The notes under the pieces were generated by a model. The model had not been told where the DNA came from, made no database searches, and worked only from the letters and a program-made list of their open reading frames with translations. The position numbers and the translations under genes are program-made. Positions 47,355-57,249 of a stretch of DNA of 64,000 nt are shown in pieces (within the stretch, counting starts at the first letter, position 1; each line of letters begins with the position of its first letter). The DNA lies in contig JAJTDE010000005.1 of assembly GCA_021298085.1 (NCBI GenBank), positions 456 through 64,455 of the forward strand, written 5' to 3'. The DNA comes from Rubrivivax sp. (GTDB taxonomy: Bacteria; Pseudomonadota; Gammaproteobacteria; Burkholderiales; Burkholderiaceae_C).

Positions 47355-48818
47355 ATGAACACCGTGAACGAGTTTCCCTTCGACACCCGCGGCATCCTGG
47401 TGGCCGGCCGCTGGCGGCCCGCGGCGTCGGGTGCTGAGCTCGAGCTGCTCAACCCGTCTGACGGCCAGCGGCTTGCGCCCATCGCGCGCGGCCAGGCCGA
47501 GGACGTGGCCGCGGCGGTCGACGCAGCGCAGGCCGCCCTGGACGGCCCCTGGGGTGCGATGAGTGCGCTGGAGCGCGGCCGCGTGCTGCACGCGATGGGC
47601 CTGCGGGTGCTGGCCATGGCCGACGAACTCGCCCGGCTGGAAGCACTCGACGTGGGCAAGCCGCTGCGCCAGGGCCGTGCCGACGCCGTGGCCCTGGCGC
47701 GCTACCTCGAGTTCTACGGCGGCGCGGCCGACAAGGTCATGGGGCAGACCATCCCGTTTGCGAACGGCTACACCGCCTTCAGCTGGCGCGAGCCCCATGG
47801 TGTGACGGCGCACATCGTGCCCTGGAACTACCCGATGCAGATCATCGGCCGCAGCGTGGGTGCCGCGCTGGCGATGGGCAATGCCTGTGTGCTGAAACCC
47901 GCTGAAGAAGCGTGCCTGACGGCGCTGGCCTTTGCACGCATCGCCGAAGAGAGCGGCCTGCCGTCCGGGGCCCTGAACGTGGTGCCCGGGCTGGGCGAGG
48001 AGGCCGGTGCGGCCCTGGCCGCCCACCCGGGTGTGCGCCACATCAGCTTCACCGGCAGCGTCGAGGTGGGTGCGCTGATCCAGGCAGCCGCCGCCCGGCA
48101 TGCCGTCCCCGTGACACTGGAGCTGGGTGGCAAGAGCCCGCAGATCGTCTTTGACGACGCCGACCTGGACGCCGCCTTGCCCTTCCTGGTGAATGCGGGC
48201 ATCCAGAATGCCGGCCAGACCTGTTCCGCGGCCAGCCGCATCCTGGTGCAGCAGGGCGTCTACCGCCAGGTGCGGGAGCGCATGGCCGAGCGCTACCGTG
48301 CCTTGCGGGTGGCCCCGGCGCTGGACGATGGCGATGTCGGCCCCTTGATCTCGGCGCGTCAGCGCCAGCAGGTCAACCGGTGCCTGGCGCGCGCGCACCA
48401 CGACGGCCTGCCGGTGGCCGCCTCGGCCACCCTGCCATCCAGCCTGCCCGCGGGGGGCTTCTATGTGGCGCCCACCCTGGTGGCCGATGTGCCGCCAGAG
48501 CACCCCATTGCGCAGGACGAGATCTTCGGGCCGGTTCAGGCCCTGATCCCGTTCACCGACGAAGCCGATGCGCTGCGCATCGCCAACGGCACCGCCTATG
48601 GGCTGGTGGCCGGTGTCTGGACACGCGATGGTTCACGCGGCCTGCGCATGGCGCGCCGGCTGCGCTGCGGCCAGGTCTTCATCAACAACTATGGCGCCGG
48701 CGGTGGCATTGAGCTGCCGTTTGGCGGTGTCAAGTTGTCCGGCCATGGCCGCGAAAAGGGCTTCGACGCCCTGTACGGCTTCTCGGCGCTGAAGACCGTG
48801 GCCATCAAACACGACTGA
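47355..48818 (+). CDS. Aldehyde dehydrogenase family protein
   Basis: PWNYP, LKPAE, FTGS, LELGGKSP, AGQTCSA, EIFGPV, G.K.SGHGRE. Confidence 0.93.
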   Translation: MNTVNEFPFDTRGILVAGRWRPAASGAELELLNPSDGQRLAPIARGQAEDVAAAVDAAQAALDGPWGAMSALERGRVLHAMGLRVLAMADELARLEALDVGKPLRQGRADAVALARYLEFYGGAADKVMGQTIPFANGYTAFSWREPHGVTAHIVPWNYPMQIIGRSVGAALAMGNACVLKPAEEACLTALAFARIAEESGLPSGALNVVPGLGEEAGAALAAHPGVRHISFTGSVEVGALIQAAAARHAVPVTLELGGKSPQIVFDDADLDAALPFLVNAGIQNAGQTCSAASRILVQQGVYRQVRERMAERYRALRVAPALDDGDVGPLISARQRQQVNRCLARAHHDGLPVAASATLPSSLPAGGFYVAPTLVADVPPEHPIAQDEIFGPVQALIPFTDEADALRIANGTAYGLVAGVWTRDGSRGLRMARRLRCGQVFINNYGAGGGIELPFGGVKLSGHGREKGFDALYGFSALKTVAIKHD

Positions 48819-48836
48819 ACCTGCCTGGAGAACCCG

Positions 48837-49613
48837 ATGAGACTGCACAACAAGGTTGCCATCGTCACCGGAGGCGCCTCCGGCTTTGGCGCTGGCATCG
48901 TGCGCAAGTTTGTCGCCGAAGGCGCCCGCGTGCTGGTGGCCGACCTCAACCTGGGCCTGGCCGAGGCGAGTGTGGCGGCCTTGGGCGCCCAGGCCTCCCA
49001 GGCCATGGCCCTGCGGGTGGACGTGGCGCAGGCCGATGACGTGCGCCGCATGGCCGATGCGGCTGAAAGCCGCTTCGGGCCAATCGACATCCTCGTCAAC
49101 AACGCGGGGGTGACGCACCTTCCCAGCGCACTCGAGGCGGTCAGCGAGGCGGATTTCGACCGCATCTGCGCGGTCAACATGAAGGCCATCTACCTGGCCA
49201 TGTGCGAAGTCGTGCCGCGTTTCAAGGCGCGGCCGTCCGAGGGCCCGAACGACATCCGCGGGGTGGTGTTGAACATGGCCAGCACGGCGGGTGTCAGCCC
49301 CCGGCCGCGGCTGAGCTGGTACAACGCGAGCAAGGGCTGGGTCATCACGGCCACCCGCGCCACGGCGGTGGAACTGGCGCCGCACCGCATCCGGGTCAAC
49401 GCGTTGAATCCGGTGGCGGGCGAAACCCCACTGCTGAAGAGTTTCATGGGCGAGGACACACCAGAGCAGCGTGCGCGCTTCCTGGCGTCCATCCCGATCG
49501 GGCGGTTTTCTCAGCCCGAGGACCTGGGCAACGCAGCCTGTTTCCTGTGCAGCGACGAAGCTTCCATGATCACCGGCGTGTGCATGGAGGTCGACGGCGG
49601 GCGCTGCATCTGA
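48837..49613 (+). CDS. SDR family oxidoreductase
   Basis: TGGASGFG, LVNNAG, YNASK (YxxxK), RVNALNP. Confidence 0.92.
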   Translation: MRLHNKVAIVTGGASGFGAGIVRKFVAEGARVLVADLNLGLAEASVAALGAQASQAMALRVDVAQADDVRRMADAAESRFGPIDILVNNAGVTHLPSALEAVSEADFDRICAVNMKAIYLAMCEVVPRFKARPSEGPNDIRGVVLNMASTAGVSPRPRLSWYNASKGWVITATRATAVELAPHRIRVNALNPVAGETPLLKSFMGEDTPEQRARFLASIPIGRFSQPEDLGNAACFLCSDEASMITGVCMEVDGGRCI

Positions 49614-49632
49614 GGCCCGGCGTCACGCCCGC

Positions 49633-49893
49633 TCAGCGGACGTGGCGGTCGGCGGCGGCGTAGAGGTCGGCGGCAAAACGGGCATCGACATCGCGCCAGC
49701 CGTCGGCGATGCGCCGCACCTCGGCGGCTTCCTGCAGGCGCTGATCAGGGCCGCCAGCGTGTGCGACGGCGGCGGTCTGGCGCTGGCTGCGGCCTGAGAA
49801 GGTGCGCAGGATGGCAGCGGCCAGATTGGCGGCCCACAGCGCGCCGCGAGGGGCCAGGACGGTGGCGGGAGACGTGACGGTCACGGTGCTCAT
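49633..49893 (-). CDS. Small hypothetical protein (86 aa)
   Basis: ATG at 49893, coding-like codon use; C-terminal A.EVRR.AD...D.RFAADLYAAADRH. Confidence 0.65.
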   Translation of the reverse strand: MSTVTVTSPATVLAPRGALWAANLAAAILRTFSGRSQRQTAAVAHAGGPDQRLQEAAEVRRIADGWRDVDARFAADLYAAADRHVR

Positions 49894-49908
49894 GGTTCGG
49901 TTCCAGTC

Positions 49909-49935
49909 GAAGAGGGTGAAGAGGGTGAAGAGGGT
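49909..49935. repeat. 3 x 9-bp perfect tandem repeat GAAGAGGGT
   Basis: Directly visible between the two small ORFs. Confidence 0.9.
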
Positions 49936-49954
49936 GTCGCGTCGGGGTGGTGGG

Positions 49955-50185
49955 TCAGCGGGCTGACCACTCACGGGCGGTCTGGATCAGGCGCGGGCCG
50001 GCTTCATGGCCCTCGGCCGTCAGCCGTTGGCCCAGCCGGTGCAGCACCGGGGCCGCACGTCGCTGGCCCAGCCGCTCGGTCAGGGCGAAGGCATTGCGTG
50101 CCATCCACTCGAGCGTGGTCCGCAGGCTGGCGGCGCGGCGGACGGGTGCGCTCGACGGTGACAGGCTGGGGTTGAACAGGCTCAT
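49955..50185 (-). CDS. Small hypothetical protein (76 aa, Arg/Ala-rich)
   Basis: AAGGA RBS before ATG; divergent from LysR gene. Confidence 0.65.
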   Translation of the reverse strand: MSLFNPSLSPSSAPVRRAASLRTTLEWMARNAFALTERLGQRRAAPVLHRLGQRLTAEGHEAGPRLIQTAREWSAR

Positions 50186-50292
50186 GGTGTTTCCTTGGTG
50201 GCTGACGACACCGGGGCGGGATCGCTCTGGCGGCGTCAGGTCCGAAGATTAGGGTTAACACCAGTAATGTTCAACTGAATTCTGTTCACCAC

Positions 50293-50315
50293 CATCATGA
50301 GCAGCCTTCATGATG
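50293..50315. promoter_or_regulatory. Putative LysR-type operator (T-N11-A inverted repeat)
   Basis: CATCATGA-GCAGCCT-TCATGATG in an AT-richer intergenic region between divergent genes. Confidence 0.7.
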
Positions 50316-50353
50316 TGACGGTTTTCACAGCCCGTCTGGGCTGGGGTGCCGCC

Positions 50354-51304
50354 ATGAGCCTGAACTTCAGAACCTTCGACCTCAACCTGCTGCGGGTGTT
50401 TGACGCGGTCATGGCCGAGCGCAGCCTGACGCGCGCTGCGTCGACGCTGGCGATGACCCAGCCCGCCGTCAGCCATGCGATGAAGCGCCTGCACGAAGCC
50501 GTGGGTGAGCAGCTCTTCACCCGTGCGGCAGGTGGCATTCGGCCCACGCCAAGGGCCGAGCTGCTCTGGCCCCGCGTGCGTGAGACCTTGTCCGGCCTGC
50601 GCGACGCGTTGGCCCCCGACAGCTTCGACCCGCACACCAGCCCGAGCACCTTCAGGCTGGCCCTGGCCGATGCCACGGCTGCCTTGCTGAGCCCGCCAAT
50701 GCTGCACAGAATCGAACGTGAGCAATTGCTTGTGTCGTTGCGGTTCCTGCCACTGACCACCCGGGACCCACGGCGCTGGCTGGACGCCGGCGAGGTGGAT
50801 CTCGCCGTCGGCTACTTCCCTGACGTGATGGCCCAGCTGCGTGCCGAGGAACATGACGCGGCGCTGCGCCACGAGCAGCTCTATGCCACGCGGTATGTGG
50901 TGGTGATGCGGCGTGGCCATCCCCTGGCCAAGGCCCCGTTGACGCTGGACACCTACTGCGCAGCCCACCACCTGCTGGTGAGCTTCTCAGGGCGTCCGCA
51001 TGGCCTGGTTGACCGCGCGCTGGCGGGCCTGGGCCGTCGCCGGCGCATCGTCTTGACCGTGAATCAGTTTTTCACGGCCGGCCGCGCCGTCAGCCAGTCC
51101 GACCTGCTGACCGTCCTGCCCGAAGGGTTTGTCGAGGCCACGGGCTACCGCCATGAGCTCGTGACCCAGGACCTGCCGCTGGCGCTGGAGCCGGTGCACG
51201 TGGACATGCTGTGGCACCGCCGGCATGACAGCCACCCGGCGCAGCGCTGGCTGCGCGAGGCGGTGCGGGCCGCCGCCGAAGACGCCCAAGCGACGGCGGG
51301 TTGA
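50354..51304 (+). CDS. LysR family transcriptional regulator (NodD/LeuO-like subgroup)
   Basis: DLNLLRVFDAVMAERSLTRAA..L.MTQPAVSHA..RL; W.R........WLRE. Confidence 0.93.
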   Translation: MSLNFRTFDLNLLRVFDAVMAERSLTRAASTLAMTQPAVSHAMKRLHEAVGEQLFTRAAGGIRPTPRAELLWPRVRETLSGLRDALAPDSFDPHTSPSTFRLALADATAALLSPPMLHRIEREQLLVSLRFLPLTTRDPRRWLDAGEVDLAVGYFPDVMAQLRAEEHDAALRHEQLYATRYVVVMRRGHPLAKAPLTLDTYCAAHHLLVSFSGRPHGLVDRALAGLGRRRRIVLTVNQFFTAGRAVSQSDLLTVLPEGFVEATGYRHELVTQDLPLALEPVHVDMLWHRRHDSHPAQRWLREAVRAAAEDAQATAG

Positions 51305-51340
51305 ACGCGGGTTGAACGCGGGGTGAGCGCCGCGGGGGCC

Positions 51341-52543
51341 TCAGCCCTCCATCACTGCCGCCATCGCCGCCGCGGTGGCGTCGACATTGCGGGTATTCAG
51401 GCCGGCCACACACAGGCGACCTGAGCGCACCAGGTAGACGGCAAACTCGTCGCGCAGGCGGTCCACCTGCGCGGCCGACAGCCCGGTGTAGCTGAACATG
51501 CCCCGCTGGCTCAGCAGGTAGCCCAGTGGGCGCCCGGGCAAGCGGGCGGCCAGCACCCCATGCAACGCCCGGCGCATGGCCAGGATGCGCTCGCGCATCG
51601 CGGCCACGTCGCGTTCCCAGCTGGCGCGCAGGGCCGGGTCGGTCAGCACCCGGCTGATGATGCCGGCCGCGTGCAGCCCGGGGTTGGAATAGATGCGCCG
51701 CACGGTGGACTTCAGCTGCCCCAGCACCCGGTCGGCTTCAGCCGCGTCGGCACACACCACGCTCAGGCCGCCGCAACGCTCGCCGTAGACGCTCATGCTC
51801 TTGGAGAAGGAATTGCTCACCAGGAAGCTGACGCCGGCATCGGCCAGCGCCCGCACGGCAAAGGCGTCCTGGTCAATGCCGTCGCCGTAGCCCTGGTAGG
51901 CCAGGTCCAGGAAGGGCAGCAGGCCCCGGGCCTTCAGCACCGGGATCAGGGCTTCCCAGTCCGCGGGGCTGAGGTCGACCCCGGTGGGGTTGTGGCAGCA
52001 GGCGTGCAGCAACACCACGCTGCGCGGCGGCAGGGTGTTCAGCGTCTGGAGCATGTCGTCCAGCCGCAGGCCGCCGGTGGCCGGGTCGTAGTAGGGGTAG
52101 GTGTTCACGCGCAGGCCGCAGCCCTCGAACATCGCGCGGTGGTTGTCCCAGGTCGGGTCGCTGACCCACACCTCGGCGCCCGGGAACCAGCGGGCGATGA
52201 AGTCACCGCCCACCTTCAGGCCCCCGCTGGAGCCCACCGACTGCAGCGTGGCCACCCGGCCACTGCGGACAGCCTCGTGCTCAGCGCCGAACAGCAGGGC
52301 CTGGATGGCGGCGCGGGCCGCAGGGCTGCCTTCGATGGGCAGGTAGCTCTTGGCGCCACCCTCTGCCAGCAGCTGGGCTTCAGCCTGTGCCACGCAATCC
52401 AGCACCGGGATGCGCCCCTCATCGTCGAAGTAGATGCCGATGGACAGGTTGACCTTGTGCGGGCGAGGGTCCCTCTGGAAGGCCTCGTTGAGGCTGAGGA
52501 TCGGGTCGCCGGCGTAGGGGTCCAGGTGCTGGAAGACGCTCAT
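51341..52543 (-). CDS. tyrB: Aromatic amino acid aminotransferase
   Basis: [52 protein letters not shown]. Confidence 0.92.
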   Translation of the reverse strand: MSVFQHLDPYAGDPILSLNEAFQRDPRPHKVNLSIGIYFDDEGRIPVLDCVAQAEAQLLAEGGAKSYLPIEGSPAARAAIQALLFGAEHEAVRSGRVATLQSVGSSGGLKVGGDFIARWFPGAEVWVSDPTWDNHRAMFEGCGLRVNTYPYYDPATGGLRLDDMLQTLNTLPPRSVVLLHACCHNPTGVDLSPADWEALIPVLKARGLLPFLDLAYQGYGDGIDQDAFAVRALADAGVSFLVSNSFSKSMSVYGERCGGLSVVCADAAEADRVLGQLKSTVRRIYSNPGLHAAGIISRVLTDPALRASWERDVAAMRERILAMRRALHGVLAARLPGRPLGYLLSQRGMFSYTGLSAAQVDRLRDEFAVYLVRSGRLCVAGLNTRNVDATAAAMAAVMEG

Positions 52544-52580
52544 GGTGGAAAGTCGGGTTGTCGGGGTGTCGTGCGGTGTT

Positions 52581-53084
52581 TCAGGCAGCGGCTTGTGCCA
52601 GCGCTGCCTCGATGTCCTTCTTCAGCGACGAGGGTGCGTCGTTGGGTGCGTAGCGCTTGAGCACGTGGCCGTCACGGCCCACCAGGAACTTGGTGAAGTT
52701 CCACTTGATGGCCTTGCTGCCGAGAATGCCGGGCGCCTCGCTCTGCAGCCAGACCCACAGCGGGTGCGCCTGGGCGCCGTTGACATCGACCTTGGCCATC
52801 ATCGGGAAGCTCACGCCATAGTTGCGCTGGCAGTAGGCGCCGATCTGCTCATTGCTGCCCGGGTCCTGGCCGCCAAACTGGTTGCTGGGGAACCCGACCA
52901 CCACCAGGCCTTGCTCCCGGTACTGCTGCCACAGGGTTTCCAGGCCACCAAACTGCGGCGTGAAGCCACATTCGCTGGCGGTGTTGACGATCAGCAGCAC
53001 CTTGCCCCGCTGCGAGGCCAGGTCGGCGGGCTTGCCGTCGATGGACAGGGCTTGAAAGTCGTAGATGCTGTGGGGGCTGGGCAT
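52581..53084 (-). CDS. Glutathione peroxidase
   Basis: [30 protein letters not shown]. Confidence 0.94.
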   Translation of the reverse strand: MPSPHSIYDFQALSIDGKPADLASQRGKVLLIVNTASECGFTPQFGGLETLWQQYREQGLVVVGFPSNQFGGQDPGSNEQIGAYCQRNYGVSFPMMAKVDVNGAQAHPLWVWLQSEAPGILGSKAIKWNFTKFLVGRDGHVLKRYAPNDAPSSLKKDIEAALAQAAA

Positions 53085-53096
53085 GGCAAGGCGCTT

Positions 53097-54056
53097 TCAG
53101 GGTGGTCCGGCAGAGGCCTCCCGGCCAACGGGGGGCGGTGATGTCTGGATGGTAGCGCTGCCCTGGAAAGCCGACAGCAGCGACGCGGCGACGATCAGCA
53201 GGCCGCCCAGCACCAGCGGCCAGGTCACCACACCAGCGCCCAGTGCCACGGCCGACACCGCGGCAAACAGCACCTCGGCCACCATCACGGCGGCGGTGGT
53301 GTTGGCTGGCAGCCGCGCCGCGCCGTACTGCAGCGCCAGGTTGCCCAGCAGGAAGGCCAGTGCCAGCAGGCCGGCTGCCGGCAGCCAGGTCAAGGCCGCC
53401 GCCGGTGGCGGCCCGATTCTCCCGCTGGCCCACAACAGGCTCGCCAGCACGGCCGACACCAGCACGCCGCCCCCAAACATCGCCAGTGCGCGGGCTTCTT
53501 CGGGGGCTGCCGCCTCGCGCCGCAACAGCACGTTGTTCAAGGCAAAGCTGAACCCGCCGACGATGCCCAGCACGTCGGCCAGTGAGAGGCCCAGGCTGAC
53601 CGGCCCGGTCGAGGGTGTGCCGTGGCCGGCCTGGGCGCCAGGCCACAAGACGATCAGGGCCCCCAGCAGCGCCAGCAGCACCCGCAGCCCGGCAGCGGCG
53701 CTCAGGCGTTCGCCCAGCAGCAGGCGCGCCAGCAGCACGGCCCACACCGGCATCAGGTAGAACAGCAGCACCACCCGCACGACATCGCCGATGGTGACGG
53801 CCCAGTTGAACGCGGCATTGGTGATTCCGCTGGCCGCGATCAGCCACCACAGGCGCGGCGAGCGCAGCAGGATGCCCGGTGCACCCGGGCGCCACAGCAC
53901 GATCACCAGCACCGACAACGCGTAGACCAGCGACGTCGCCCACAGCGCGTGGAGCCCCTGCCCTTCCAGCCAGCGAAAGGGCCACCAGGACACGCCCCAG
54001 GTGAAGGCGTTGAGCAACAGCGCTGCCACAGGCAGCAGGGCGGCTGGGGCGCTCAC
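53097..54056 (-). CDS. DMT/EamA family transporter
   Basis: ~10 TM segments; LLFYLMPVW..LLA..LLGER; twofold repeat. Confidence 0.85.
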   Translation of the reverse strand: MSAPAALLPVAALLLNAFTWGVSWWPFRWLEGQGLHALWATSLVYALSVLVIVLWRPGAPGILLRSPRLWWLIAASGITNAAFNWAVTIGDVVRVVLLFYLMPVWAVLLARLLLGERLSAAAGLRVLLALLGALIVLWPGAQAGHGTPSTGPVSLGLSLADVLGIVGGFSFALNNVLLRREAAAPEEARALAMFGGGVLVSAVLASLLWASGRIGPPPAAALTWLPAAGLLALAFLLGNLALQYGAARLPANTTAAVMVAEVLFAAVSAVALGAGVVTWPLVLGGLLIVAASLLSAFQGSATIQTSPPPVGREASAGPP

Positions 54057-54066
54057 GCGGAGGGGC

Positions 54067-55341
54067 TCAGTGCGCGTCTGAGCGGGCGATGGTCAGCAGC
54101 CGCTCCAGCTCGTCGGCATGGCGCACGAGGTTGCGGTTGTGCCAGCGCCTGATCAGCTCCATCGTCAGCGCCACCAGCAGCCCGAATACCACGATGGCGC
54201 CAAAGGCCGACAGGCCAAAGCGCGTCATGGCCACGTACAGCGCGCCCAGCCCGAGGATGCAGGCCTGTTCGTTGAAGTTCTGCACGGCGATGGAGCGCCC
54301 GGCGCCCATCAGGTTGTGACCGCGGTGCTGCAGCAGCGCATTCATGGGCACGATCAGGTAGCCGCAGATGCCGCCCATCACGATCAGGAAGGGCACTGCC
54401 GACGCCAGGCTCTGAATGAAGACCAGGCCGATCATCAGGAAGCCCACCGTGATGGCCAGCGGGATGACCCGTGTGGCGCGGTCAAGCCGCGTGGTGAACG
54501 ACGCATAGATGGCCCCGAACACCGAGCCAATGACCACCACCCCCGCCAGATTCGAGGCTTGGGCGGTGGTGTAGCCCAGGGCGGCGGCGGCCCAGGCAAA
54601 CACGATCAGGCGCAGGTTGCCGAAGATGCCCCACAGCACGGTGGTGGTGGCCAGCGAGATCTGACCGAGCTTGTCGGCCCACAGCCGCGAGTTGCAGCGC
54701 GAGAAGTCACGCACCAATTCCGCCAGGCCATCCATGGGCTGCAGCGGCGCCGAGGTGCGCGGGATGCGCAGGTTGAACAGCGTGGCTGTCAGGTAGAGAA
54801 ACATGATGCAGCCGATGGCGGCTTCCGGCGCGGTGTCGATGCCTGTGTGCAGGTGGGGAATATCGATGGACAGCAGCCAGGTGGAGATCGTCGGGCCGAT
54901 GAGCTGGCCGCCCAGCAAGATGCCCAGCACGATGCTGGCCACGGTCAGGCCTTCGATCCAGCCGTTGCCCTTGACCAGCTGCGACGGTGGCAGCAACTCG
55001 GTCAGGATGCCGTACTTGGCCGGCGAGTAGGCCGCAGCCCCCAGGCCCACCACGGCATAGGCCAGCAGCGGGTGTGAACCGAACAGCATCATCAGACAGC
55101 CCACGATCTTGATGCTGTTGGCGATGAACATCACCCGGCCCTTGGGGATGGAGTCGGCAAACGCCCCCACAAATGGCGCCAGGATGACGTAGAAGAACGC
55201 AAACATCGGCGCCAGCGCGGGCACCTGCCAGGCGGGTGCCTTGGACATTCGCAGCAGCTCGACGGCGGCCACCAGCAGCGCGTTGTCAGCCAGCGAGCTG
55301 AAAAACTGCGCCGACATGATCGTGGAGAAACCTTTTTTCAT
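54067..55341 (-). CDS. lplT: Lysophospholipid transporter LplT (MFS)
   Basis: AQFFSSLADNALL, GAAAYSPAKYGILTE, GAGRSIAVQNFNE. Confidence 0.92.
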   Translation of the reverse strand: MKKGFSTIMSAQFFSSLADNALLVAAVELLRMSKAPAWQVPALAPMFAFFYVILAPFVGAFADSIPKGRVMFIANSIKIVGCLMMLFGSHPLLAYAVVGLGAAAYSPAKYGILTELLPPSQLVKGNGWIEGLTVASIVLGILLGGQLIGPTISTWLLSIDIPHLHTGIDTAPEAAIGCIMFLYLTATLFNLRIPRTSAPLQPMDGLAELVRDFSRCNSRLWADKLGQISLATTTVLWGIFGNLRLIVFAWAAAALGYTTAQASNLAGVVVIGSVFGAIYASFTTRLDRATRVIPLAITVGFLMIGLVFIQSLASAVPFLIVMGGICGYLIVPMNALLQHRGHNLMGAGRSIAVQNFNEQACILGLGALYVAMTRFGLSAFGAIVVFGLLVALTMELIRRWHNRNLVRHADELERLLTIARSDAH

Positions 55342-55477
55342 GCGCGACGAAGGGGCAGGGTGAGCGTGCGGGTGGTGGCTGCGGGGCAGCCCTGCACCGT
55401 AGGAAGGCGGGTCTCCAAGGCCGGGACGGCGGCGCGGTTATAGCATGCACCGCCTTGGGAACTTCATGAGCACCCCC

Positions 55478-56611
55478 ATGCCTCGCCCCATCGAAGCCTT
55501 GATTCACACCCCCAGCCTTGCGCACAACCTTGAGCGGGCCCGCCAGGCGGCGCCCGACGCCCGCATCTGGGCGGTGGTGAAGGCCAACGCCTATGGGCAC
55601 GGCATCGAGCGGGCCTTCGACGGCCTGCGCGCGGCCGACGGTTTTGCGCTGCTTGACCTGGCCGAGGCGCAGCGCCTGCGCGCACTCGACTGGCGCGGCC
55701 CCATCCTGCTGCTGGAAGGTGTCTTCGAGCCGCGTGACCTGGAACTGTGCTCGCGCCTGAACCTGTGGCATACCGTGCACTGCGACGCGCAGATCGACTG
55801 GCTGGCCCACCACAAGACGCACAGCCCCCACCGCGTGTTCCTGAAGCTCAACAGCGGCATGAACCGCCTGGGGTTTCGGCCCGATGCCTGGCGCGCCGCC
55901 TGGGCGCGGCTGAACGCGCTGCCGCAGGTGGATGAGATCAGCCTCATGACGCACTTCGCCGACGCCGACCTGCCCGACGGTACCCGCGCGCCGCTGGCGC
56001 TGTTTGACCGCCATGCCCGCGGCCTCAGTGGCGAGCGCAGCCTGCCCAACAGCGCAGCCCTGCTGCGCGAAGGCCATGGCAGCCTTGGCTTTGCGCAAGG
56101 CAGTGTCGCGGGTGCCGACTGGGTGCGGGCCGGCATCCTGCTGTACGGCAGCTCGCCCGATCACCCGGCGCACGACATCCGGCACTGGGGCCTGCGCCCC
56201 ACCATGACCCTGCGCACCCGCCTCATCGGCACCCAGGACCTGCAGCCCGGTGACCGTGTCGGCTACGGCAGCACCTTCACGGCACCTCAGCCCATGCGCA
56301 TCGGCATCGCTGCCTGCGGCTATGCCGACGGCTACCCGCGCCACGCGGGCACCGGCACGCCCGTCCTGGTGGATGGCCACCGCACCCGCACCGTGGGCCG
56401 GGTGTCGATGGACATGCTGGCCGTCGACCTCAGCGCCCTCCCCAGCGAACGGGCGGGTTCTGCCGGACTGGGCAGCGAGGTCACCCTGTGGGGCGAAGGC
56501 CCTGGCGGCAGCATCCTGCCCATCGACGACGTCGCGCAAGCGGCCGGCACCATCGGCTACGAGCTGATGTGTGCGCTGGCCCAGCGTGTGCCGGTGCAGA
56601 CGGTGTCCTGA
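55478..56611 (+). CDS. alr: Alanine racemase
   Basis: [58 protein letters not shown]. Confidence 0.96.
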   Translation: MPRPIEALIHTPSLAHNLERARQAAPDARIWAVVKANAYGHGIERAFDGLRAADGFALLDLAEAQRLRALDWRGPILLLEGVFEPRDLELCSRLNLWHTVHCDAQIDWLAHHKTHSPHRVFLKLNSGMNRLGFRPDAWRAAWARLNALPQVDEISLMTHFADADLPDGTRAPLALFDRHARGLSGERSLPNSAALLREGHGSLGFAQGSVAGADWVRAGILLYGSSPDHPAHDIRHWGLRPTMTLRTRLIGTQDLQPGDRVGYGSTFTAPQPMRIGIAACGYADGYPRHAGTGTPVLVDGHRTRTVGRVSMDMLAVDLSALPSERAGSAGLGSEVTLWGEGPGGSILPIDDVAQAAGTIGYELMCALAQRVPVQTVS

Positions 56612-56882
56612 ACACGGCACAGCGCAATACCCGACAAAGCCTGTCGGTGTTGAGCTACACCTGGTTGCCAGGGCTTGGCTTACTGTTGACTGACAACGAA
56701 GGGCCATCCCAATTGAACGCCTTGTCGGGCGCTTATCACGCGTTCTCGGCGCCGAGGGCCTTTCGATACTCAATACGTCGCCCCCGTGTGTGGGCCCTGG
56801 GTTGTGGCCCAGGGCGCTGCCTGGGTCCGCTGACGTCCAGAGTCTGTCGTGTCTGCTGAGCCCTGGCTCGGGGAGCCCTTGG

Positions 56883-57203
56883 ATGTTTTCCTTTCCTCGC
56901 GAACCCATCATTGCCGACCGCGCCGAGTTTGCCGAAGCCCTGCACCGCATGCGCCGCGGCCACGTGCTGGTGCGCGCCGGGGCCAGCTCCAGCGGCTGCG
57001 TGATCGACGGCGCGCCTATCTACCACTCCTTCGAGACGCTCAAGCGGTATGCACTGATCGCGCCGTTTGACAACCGCGAAGGCTTTCCGGGTGTCGAGTA
57101 CTACAAGCTCACCCCGGCCGGCCGCCACTTTGCCGACAAGGTCTGGAGCCATTGGCGCTCGCGGCCGGTGCTCGAGCGCCTGGCGGTTCGCCTCACCGGC
57201 TGA
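56883..57203 (+). CDS. Small hypothetical protein (106 aa), possible winged-helix fold
   Basis: GGAG RBS before ATG 56883; YYKLTPAGR resembles the wing end of wHTH domains. Confidence 0.65.
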   Translation: MFSFPREPIIADRAEFAEALHRMRRGHVLVRAGASSSGCVIDGAPIYHSFETLKRYALIAPFDNREGFPGVEYYKLTPAGRHFADKVWSHWRSRPVLERLAVRLTG

Positions 57204-57249
57204 GGCAGCGCGCCTCACGCGGGTTGCCGCGCCCGCCGACAATGCGCGC

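Noticed and set aside
51294-51322. GCGGGTTGAAC x2 direct repeat at the LysR stop
   Set aside because: Only two copies plus a partial; looks like a local duplication with no spacer structure, not CRISPR or a known element
56612-56670. c-di-GMP-I (GEMM) riboswitch
   Set aside because: Superficial GCACAG...CAAAGCC...GGTTGCC resemblance, but the GNRA loop/receptor and the GACGCAAA and GGTCTAA cores are missing
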